Of a stretch of 51,557 nucleotides of DNA, positions 37,801 through 45,179 are shown one piece after another. The translations under genes and the position numbers were made by a program. Location: assembly GCA_002762845.1 (NCBI GenBank), contig PCYB01000066.1:1-51557 (forward strand), in the 5' to 3' direction. Numbering within the stretch: the stretch's first letter is position 1; the number at the start of each line of letters is the position of its first letter. A model generated the notes under the pieces. It made no database searches. It had not been told where the DNA came from and saw nothing but the letters and a program-made list of their open reading frames with translations. This stretch comes from Candidatus Woesearchaeota archaeon CG10_big_fil_rev_8_21_14_0_10_36_11 (GTDB taxonomy: Archaea; Nanobdellota; Nanobdellia; Woesearchaeales; GW2011-AR9).

Positions 37801-39744
37801 ATGACAACACATGACAACTCTGGAAATGATATAGGACCAATAAATGCTACTGCTGCACTTACTCCAGCAACTACTACTACTACTGTTGGTTCTGCTGCCA
37901 CTCCCGTTACTTCTACTCCTTCCGCTGCTTCTGCAGGTACTCCTGTTACTCCTGTTACTGATTGTCCGACCGGAATATGCCCATTACCAACACCGCCTCG
38001 AGACGACGATGAGTTATTCGATCTTCTTGATGATGCCGCGGCAGAACAAAGTTTGAGTGCATACAAACTTGTTCCCAATCCTTTAATAATTAGTAAGAGA
38101 TGTTTGGCTTTAGGCCATATGATTGGCGAAATAACGCGAGATGTTGACGGCGAGGGAGTGGGAAAAGGAAAAGGTCGAAACTTAGAAGTTGGCGGTTTTT
38201 ATCTTATTGACGGTGGAGACGATACATTTACTTTATGCGATTTTATCGTTCCAAACGACCTTCCCGTATCGCAAGGAAATATTGTTGTTGCAGAGCAATT
38301 TCCTATGGCTGGACTTGAACTACGGACACACAACGAAACTCAAGGAACAGACCTACGTATGGCAGCAATGTTTCATATCCACCCTACACTTGTTGGTGGG
38401 TTAGCTCATAGTTCTGCAGACGATGCTGCTCTTACGAGTCTAGTTAATAAAATGAAGGGGGCGACAGAACGATCGTATCCAGAACCATTTAGACTTATAG
38501 ATCGGTTGGCTGATAAAGTAAAGGAATACACACCTGAGGGCCAGATTATCAAAGGCGATGCGTTCAAAGATGTTGTACAAAAATTTATATTTCCTAACGA
38601 TGGAGCGTTCTACGCATTGTTACAACATTTTGGATTTCATCCGGATAAAAAATATTTCCAGAAACAAGAATTTTTAGCTCGGCTCCTTGACACTGTTGAC
38701 ATTTCTCTTGAAGAACCAAGAGTTGTTCATTTCGCGGCAAGTTTTGTGTTTAATTATACTACAAATGGGCCTTTTGTTAAAATGGGTATTGGTGAACGTC
38801 GACTCTTTACGGGAGAAAAACCAATAGTGTACACATCAGATGTTCCTCTTCAAGTTATTGATTTGGGAGAACCAATGCCAACAGAAGCAGAAGTTGCACA
38901 ATTAGTACGTGAAAGGATACGCTTTCCACCTCGACCAAAAGTATTTACAAGAACTAGAAGTAAATCTGCAAGAGGCGGTGGTTCTAGTTTACCCACGGGA
39001 TATCCTCCCGATGCCACGAGTTATCAGTCTCATGGCGACACATGGAGACAACAATGGGGTCCAGTTCAACCCACTTCTCCTTGGCTACAAGGTCAAGGTG
39101 CCTCTAATGCGTCAGGCGGTCCAGTAACTCCAAAAAGACAAACTGACGATAAAGTTACAGATAAAAACTATCGTTTGACCGAGATTGCAGATTTGTTTAC
39201 ATTAGCTGCACATTCTTATGTTCTCGAATGGCGACACGATGACTGTAAGTTTTCTGAATACCTTGACGATGTATTAACTTCAATAGACCGTTTCTCTCTT
39301 CAACAAGGATATGGGGTTTCTACCATTTCTGGAGGTACGAGACAACCGTCGCCCGTTTTTGGTTTTCGTGAAGCTGTAAAATATACTGGTCCAATTAGTG
39401 ATGATCCTTTGAAAGAAGTATTTACGCCACGATTTGCTTTCTATCACGCGAGTGGAGTTGCCAAATGTATCTCTGCAGGACTTAAAGAAAATCCTGATGA
39501 TAATGCGACTATTCAGTTCATGTTTAGGTTTATTTATGGTAGTACAGACTCACGGAATACAGCCTTACAAAGATATGTTACACAAGTTGCAGGGGAATAT
39601 GTTCCTTTACCGCAAAGTTTAGAACAAATTGAACCTACTGCTCACGTGCTTGGCACTCAAGAATTGTCAGATTTAAGCCTTACAACAATATATAATGGTG
39701 CACTAGACGATTTAGGTGATTCAACGGATAAAAATGAAGAATAA
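37801..39744 (+). CDS. JAB/MPN+ (JAMM) metallopeptidase-domain protein with low-complexity N-terminus and long C-terminal extension
   Basis: NLEVGGFYLIDGG (conserved Glu) and about 60 aa later MFHIHPTLVGGLAHSSADD (HxH...SxxD). The N-terminal ~60 aa are Thr/Pro/Ala/Ser-rich. Confidence 0.75.
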   Translation: MTTHDNSGNDIGPINATAALTPATTTTTVGSAATPVTSTPSAASAGTPVTPVTDCPTGICPLPTPPRDDDELFDLLDDAAAEQSLSAYKLVPNPLIISKRCLALGHMIGEITRDVDGEGVGKGKGRNLEVGGFYLIDGGDDTFTLCDFIVPNDLPVSQGNIVVAEQFPMAGLELRTHNETQGTDLRMAAMFHIHPTLVGGLAHSSADDAALTSLVNKMKGATERSYPEPFRLIDRLADKVKEYTPEGQIIKGDAFKDVVQKFIFPNDGAFYALLQHFGFHPDKKYFQKQEFLARLLDTVDISLEEPRVVHFAASFVFNYTTNGPFVKMGIGERRLFTGEKPIVYTSDVPLQVIDLGEPMPTEAEVAQLVRERIRFPPRPKVFTRTRSKSARGGGSSLPTGYPPDATSYQSHGDTWRQQWGPVQPTSPWLQGQGASNASGGPVTPKRQTDDKVTDKNYRLTEIADLFTLAAHSYVLEWRHDDCKFSEYLDDVLTSIDRFSLQQGYGVSTISGGTRQPSPVFGFREAVKYTGPISDDPLKEVFTPRFAFYHASGVAKCISAGLKENPDDNATIQFMFRFIYGSTDSRNTALQRYVTQVAGEYVPLPQSLEQIEPTAHVLGTQELSDLSLTTIYNGALDDLGDSTDKNEE

Positions 39745-39786
39745 AAAACAAAAAAAAGAATAATAAGAAACAACAACATTACTACA

Positions 39787-41340
39787 ATGACAAACGCTGA
39801 CACTCTTGTAATCGAAGAAGAACGGTATGACAGACAGAAATTGCTCTGGGGTGATGCTGGTCAAGATAGACTTAAGAATGCACGAGTGTCCGTTATAGGA
39901 TTAGATTTTCAGGGAAAATACGTTGCACTTTGTCTTGCAGCTCTTGGTGTTGGTAATGTAGTTCTTATTGATGGCAAAAATACAATCGAAGAAGAGGAAC
40001 GTGGCACATTTATGGGTACTCCCGTTTCCCATGGTTCTCGAGCATTAGCATATGCAGAACTTCTTCGTCGTGTTAATCCTCAAATACGCGTTGAAGGATA
40101 TCCAACAGACTTAGTTTCACGAATTGATCAAGATACATTAACTGGTTCAACAGTTATTGTTGATGCAACAAATATGGTTACATCAAAAAGAAATGCAATC
40201 CTGTTTGGTCATGAACATCATATCCCTGTGTTAAGTACATCTTCCCAATGGGGATATACAAAACTTGTACGGTGCGATTCCGAATCTCATGATCTAGCAT
40301 ATCTTATGCCTATGTTTGAAGGAAATGAGCAGGACGAATTAATGGCATTACTTATGTGCGGTGTTACGACTGAAGAAGTTCGTAAACTTATCTTTAATGA
40401 TAAAGATATTCTGCAAAAACCAGTTAGATACCGGCTTGGCGACGGATATCGTTTTGGATTCCCGAAAGAAGGAGAAATGGCTCCTCGACCTGATGCGACT
40501 AAATACGCTGATCTTCGTGTTGCATTCCTTGGCGCAGGCGCTATTGGATGTTGGGGCGCGATTGCTGCAGCAAAAATGGGCATTGACCGTGTTGACGTGT
40601 TTGATTACGATACGTTTGATTCAACAAATATTAACAGACAGGTATTAGGTTTTGACGGTGTTGGAGAACTGAAAGCAGTTCATATTGCAAAAAAGATTGT
40701 GGAAATGAGTTTAGGGAGAACACACTCTGATGGATTTAACGTAAAGATTCTTCCTGGATTTGAAACAGAACGGGAATATGATGTTGTATTCGACTTTGTT
40801 GATAATCCTTACACTCGTGCATTGAACACTGCACACGCAATTTCACATAATATACCAATGATAAGTTCAGGAGCACTTCCATATAGTGCGCGGTCAATAA
40901 CACAAGTTGCTGGAAAGACATTCTGTCAAGATTGTCTTTATCAGATTTATGATCGGGGTAGACAGGATGAAATGATTCGACGTGCAAGTTGTGCAGCCAA
41001 TCCTGACCCCTCGGTTGTCATGAGTAATGCTGTTGCAGGTGCACTTGCTGTACTTGAAATTTTTACGTTAGTTGAACCTGAAAAGTATGGGGTACCGTTC
41101 AGCGGAGAAATTATGTACCGTTCATCTGCTCCAACGAGGTTTGGTGCGGAGGGACTAACGGGTGCATGTGATTGTTATTCCAATCCTGTTCCGCAATTGG
41201 AAATATCGGATGAAGATGTTGCAGCATTTGCTAATGCAATTCCTCACGTACTTACGGGAGGATTAGTAGAAACTGAAAGAAAAGAAGGGAGAGGATTAGA
41301 AAGAGGATTAGAAGTGCTTACTGTTGAGCAACCAGAATGA
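39787..41340 (+). CDS. Tandem ThiF/MoeB-type E1-like adenylyltransferase (degenerate N-terminal plus intact C-terminal adenylation domain)
   Basis: Repeat 1: VSVIGLDFQGKYVALCLAALGVGNVVLIDG ... IVDATNMVTSKRN (nucleotide loop degenerate). Repeat 2: VAFLGAGAIGCWGAIAAAKMGIDRVDVFDYDTFDSTNINRQ ... VFDFVDNPYTRALN. Cys motifs CQDC and CDC are also present. Confidence 0.8.
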   Translation: MTNADTLVIEEERYDRQKLLWGDAGQDRLKNARVSVIGLDFQGKYVALCLAALGVGNVVLIDGKNTIEEEERGTFMGTPVSHGSRALAYAELLRRVNPQIRVEGYPTDLVSRIDQDTLTGSTVIVDATNMVTSKRNAILFGHEHHIPVLSTSSQWGYTKLVRCDSESHDLAYLMPMFEGNEQDELMALLMCGVTTEEVRKLIFNDKDILQKPVRYRLGDGYRFGFPKEGEMAPRPDATKYADLRVAFLGAGAIGCWGAIAAAKMGIDRVDVFDYDTFDSTNINRQVLGFDGVGELKAVHIAKKIVEMSLGRTHSDGFNVKILPGFETEREYDVVFDFVDNPYTRALNTAHAISHNIPMISSGALPYSARSITQVAGKTFCQDCLYQIYDRGRQDEMIRRASCAANPDPSVVMSNAVAGALAVLEIFTLVEPEKYGVPFSGEIMYRSSAPTRFGAEGLTGACDCYSNPVPQLEISDEDVAAFANAIPHVLTGGLVETERKEGRGLERGLEVLTVEQPE

Positions 41341-41438
41341 AACTGTTAATGCCTCTAACAACCACAATAAAAAATTTCAAAAAATAAACACAATGTCCAA
41401 AAAAAATCACTTAACTATTCACATAAAAAATTAATACC

Positions 41439-44400
41439 ATGGCAGAAGAAATTATACAAATGTTAAAACTTAAAGAACAAGAAAGAACTAAAGAACTAGA
41501 AATACTTCCTATACTCGATATTCCTCCTGCACTTGATGACGATGACAGTTTTTTTGATGAAGATGACTTAGCAGATATGTTTAATCGCGCAAGTGAAACA
41601 AATCTTTTTGGTGAAGAAGAAGAGGTTGTTACTGTTGTCGCTCCTCCATATGATCCAGTTAAGAAAATAGCAGCTATTTTGGAACTGGATGATGGTCGTA
41701 CAAAAAGAGATCCAGTAACATTCAATCCTAATCCTGTTCGTAATATGGTTTTTAACGCGTTGACAAGGAATGTTCTTCCAACAACATTTAAGGGCAGTCC
41801 TTTGGATAGTGATGGGCCAGTTTCTGATTTAGCAAGCGGAATATTGGTAGCTGAAAGTGCACTACGCCATTTTTCTATAAAAGAAACTGTTGATGGTGCC
41901 AGTTCCGCAGAAGGATATTTCCAAGAGGTTTCATGGAATTTAGGTACGCGAATGCAAAGATTGTTAAATCTTGAACTTGAGACAATGGAAGAACTGGGAT
42001 TGACATTATTAGAACGAGCAGGGTATGCATTTAATGCTGCATCACTTCGATATATCGATCTAAAAACAGGAAGATTTTTCTCTCGCGAAAAAGTACTTGA
42101 TGACATAGAACAACTTACTCTTGTTACAAATCCTACATTTATGAAGCGTGTTGGAATATATTACAGTACTCTTGGAAAACGATATATAAATGCCAGAATA
42201 AAAAAGTTTGTTTCTCGTGAAAGTGCACGAGATATGTTAGAACTTGGCGGCTCCATTAGAATTGCATCAGAGCTTACACTTGAAGAATCTGTTCAAATAC
42301 ACGGTAGGAAAAGAGTTGTGGAAAGAACAGAAACGTATCAAGATGTATTCTTTGAAGGGTTTCATCCTGAGACTTCTATTGTCGCTGATACCGTTGCTCA
42401 TATTCTTACTGGATACGAAGACCGTTTACGCTACGTTACTTCCTTTGATGAACTTGCAGATTTAACAACACTTTGTCTTGGCATTGGTTTAGTTACTGAT
42501 GAAACAACTGCCCAAGCTTTACGTACCTATGCTCTTGATCATTCTGTTGATGCGAGAACACTACTTTTGCGAACGTTCGCTACTGTTGCACAGCAGGATG
42601 GTTTTTTTCAGGACATGAAAATTGATGATGTATTATCACGATACGAAATTGGTTTACACTCAAGAGCAACATATACAAAAAATATGGTCCGTGAACTGGA
42701 CGAGTTACGTGGAAGAACATTTAATTTTAACGTATTAGCAGAACAAATTGTGACACGGTTAGAAGAAGAAAAAGGAGTTGTCCTTTCACTTCCTTCAATT
42801 TACGGTGAAGACGATTTTGATAATTTTTGTACCAGAATTACCGACTTTAATGTCCCTCTGTATGAAATTGTTTCTGATGATACGTTCGGCGCTTTACGAG
42901 CACAGTACGGAAAGATTCAATATGAATTTGAACAAAGTGATGTTAGAGCAAAAAAAGCTCGTGATGCCGTTCCTGTGGGCCATTCCTCATTAGGAGAAAA
43001 AGTGTTACAACAATTACACAGAAAGTACGGGCTTGATGTGGAACAAAGACAATTTGAATCCTATGAAGTATATAAAGAACAATCTGCAGAATTAATACAA
43101 GTTGTAAGGGGAATAATTCAAAAAACATTGGATGATGTTGTTACAGTTATTCCAAAAAAGTTAGGCGTTGACGTTCGTGTTAAATCTCTTGGTCCTATAA
43201 AAAGAAGAATAAGATATCTTCACGGGGGAGAAATCCATGACGTGCCTATTGGAAGCACAGGTACAGTTACAGGAATAAGAAAAGAAGGAACTTACACTAC
43301 TATCTTTGTTGCATTTGACCATCGTACTCATCACACTGATTGGTATACAGATCCTAAAGAGTTAGAGATTATTGCTAGTGATACTATTCCTTCTGAATTA
43401 CGTGGCGTTCTTAAAGAATTTGACGGCGATACTGAACGTGCTGCTGCCAGTATTATTAGCTCACTTGAACAGGAGATTAATTATGTATATCGAGAACAAG
43501 AGTTTAGAAGAATTAATGATGAACATATTGCACAACAAAAAGTAATCGCTGCAAAAATGTCCACTCTCTTTTTTGATAATGGAAAAAGAGTTATGCGAAC
43601 ATTTAGGGCATTAGGAATTGGGGAGTACAAGTCTAGAGAAACCAACACTCATCGTGTTCCTTTGGGAACTATTGGGCTTCCTGAGAGATACACCGGCGAC
43701 GGTTTTTTTGATGTTACATTTCCAATTCGAGACAGAAGAGGAAAGATTCATATTGATGAAATGCAACTTTTACGAAAAGTAGATGTTTCACCACGGTCAA
43801 TGATCGGTGCCCGTGCTCAAATTACTCAAGAAACAAATGAGGGAGATTATAAACTGGGAAGTTGGGGTATAGTAACTGGCACAGATGGAATTTCCCTGAG
43901 AGTACAATTTAAACATATTGAAGGAAAAGAGACTCAAGACGATTTACCTTGTGTATGGATACGTAGTCGGTATCTTACACTTAAATATGACGATATTGAA
44001 TGGAGAAAAACAGTTAATAAAACAACAAACAATCTCTTTGACAGTATTGAACAGACTGTACGTGATGTCCAGCGTGAATATAAACAGGTACAAAATCGCA
44101 AACGTGAATTAGTTGAATTAGGAGTGTCTCACTTCCGTGCAATAGGTATTGAAGATACAATCATACATATTCTTTTTGAGGATTGTCTTACCAATGAGGA
44201 TTTTGTGACGTATGTAAATAATGGTCTTCTTTCATCAGAAAGTGTGTTCGACGAAATTGAGACTGAACTAGATAGTTTAGGCGGCGAAGAGGAATATAGT
44301 GGTTTAGCTACTAAAATTAAAACTCAAGTTCAAGAAAAGATGGGACTCATATGGAGCGATACAACAGAAATTACTGGCGAAGAAACATATCAAACATTTA

Positions 44401-45158
44401 AAGATACACTTGTTGAATCGATAGTACAGAGGGGGTATATTATTTCAAAAGAAGGTACTGCAATCCCTAAAACTATCAAAAAGAGAACTCCCGTTCTTTT
44501 TGTAAAGGGATATGATGGAATTCCGGAAGGATCTTTTGGAATATTTAAAGAGTGGTGTGAAGGTGTGGGAGGGAACAATGTTCATGTTGATGGAACAACG
44601 AATGGGAACAATTGTTGTATCCCTAAAAATTGCTTAGTAACTGATGTCGTTCCTCTATTTACTTTACGTGATAACATTGATGATCTTACAAAAGGTGCAT
44701 ACAAAAGAGGCGTTAAAGTACGGCTCAGGATGGACAGCCAGTATGCATATCAACATGCAGGTGTTGGAGTTCTTGAAGAAGATTTAGAAGGAGAGGATAC
44801 AGAATATTATGGAGATGTATGTTTTGAAGGCGGGTACGTTAATGCATACAGAATAAAAGATTTAGAACTTGTCAATCCTCAAGATGTGTTACAGGGAAAA
44901 CAATTGCAATTGTATCAAAAAGCAATGCAAGAAAGAGAAACAAGAAAAGAAGAAATCCGGCGTGGTGTTGAATCAATAATTCAGGAAATAGAACGGGAAC
45001 GTAATCAACGCTATCAGAAAGTGCACGACTTATCTGTTGCTGTCCGAGACGAGTTACGGTCGTTTGGAAAAACAGACACAGAGATATACGAAGTATTTGA
45101 ACAACACATTTCTGAAACTTCTTACTTAACATACCGAGGAATATTAGATGTTGCATAA
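41439..45158 (+). CDS. Hypothetical 1239-aa protein with acidic N-terminus and at least 5 repeated beta-barrel-like modules
   Basis: Intact ORF. Repeats fall at about nt 43221-43379, 43650-43784, 43809-43991, 44484-44648 and 44709-44876. No catalytic motif recognised. Confidence 0.75.
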   Translation: MAEEIIQMLKLKEQERTKELEILPILDIPPALDDDDSFFDEDDLADMFNRASETNLFGEEEEVVTVVAPPYDPVKKIAAILELDDGRTKRDPVTFNPNPVRNMVFNALTRNVLPTTFKGSPLDSDGPVSDLASGILVAESALRHFSIKETVDGASSAEGYFQEVSWNLGTRMQRLLNLELETMEELGLTLLERAGYAFNAASLRYIDLKTGRFFSREKVLDDIEQLTLVTNPTFMKRVGIYYSTLGKRYINARIKKFVSRESARDMLELGGSIRIASELTLEESVQIHGRKRVVERTETYQDVFFEGFHPETSIVADTVAHILTGYEDRLRYVTSFDELADLTTLCLGIGLVTDETTAQALRTYALDHSVDARTLLLRTFATVAQQDGFFQDMKIDDVLSRYEIGLHSRATYTKNMVRELDELRGRTFNFNVLAEQIVTRLEEEKGVVLSLPSIYGEDDFDNFCTRITDFNVPLYEIVSDDTFGALRAQYGKIQYEFEQSDVRAKKARDAVPVGHSSLGEKVLQQLHRKYGLDVEQRQFESYEVYKEQSAELIQVVRGIIQKTLDDVVTVIPKKLGVDVRVKSLGPIKRRIRYLHGGEIHDVPIGSTGTVTGIRKEGTYTTIFVAFDHRTHHTDWYTDPKELEIIASDTIPSELRGVLKEFDGDTERAAASIISSLEQEINYVYREQEFRRINDEHIAQQKVIAAKMSTLFFDNGKRVMRTFRALGIGEYKSRETNTHRVPLGTIGLPERYTGDGFFDVTFPIRDRRGKIHIDEMQLLRKVDVSPRSMIGARAQITQETNEGDYKLGSWGIVTGTDGISLRVQFKHIEGKETQDDLPCVWIRSRYLTLKYDDIEWRKTVNKTTNNLFDSIEQTVRDVQREYKQVQNRKRELVELGVSHFRAIGIEDTIIHILFEDCLTNEDFVTYVNNGLLSSESVFDEIETELDSLGGEEEYSGLATKIKTQVQEKMGLIWSDTTEITGEETYQTFKDTLVESIVQRGYIISKEGTAIPKTIKKRTPVLFVKGYDGIPEGSFGIFKEWCEGVGGNNVHVDGTTNGNNCCIPKNCLVTDVVPLFTLRDNIDDLTKGAYKRGVKVRLRMDSQYAYQHAGVGVLEEDLEGEDTEYYGDVCFEGGYVNAYRIKDLELVNPQDVLQGKQLQLYQKAMQERETRKEEIRRGVESIIQEIERERNQRYQKVHDLSVAVRDELRSFGKTDTEIYEVFEQHISETSYLTYRGILDVA

Positions 45159-45179
45159 TACTATAAGGTGAAATATTAA

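Noticed and set aside
37850-37965. Triplet-rich repetitive DNA (ACTACTACTACT..., ACTCCTGTTACTCCTGTTACT) as a possible microsatellite or CRISPR-like repeat
   Set aside because: The repeats are short, in-frame and imperfect, with no spacer periodicity. They are best explained as a coding low-complexity linker.
37704-38078. 124-aa minus-strand ORF and 70-aa Leu-rich plus-strand ORF (37844..38056) over the start of the JAB gene
   Set aside because: Both arise from the ACT/CCT/GCT triplet-rich tract encoding the Thr/Pro/Ala N-terminus. They have no independent start signal and lie inside the longer frame that carries the JAMM motifs.
41411-42106. 231-aa minus-strand ORF overlapping the start of the 1239-aa gene
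   Set aside because: It is Ser-rich and low-complexity. It is fully antisense to a much longer ORF that has a good start context and repeat structure. This is typical of a shadow frame opposite GAA/GAT/GAG-rich coding sequence.
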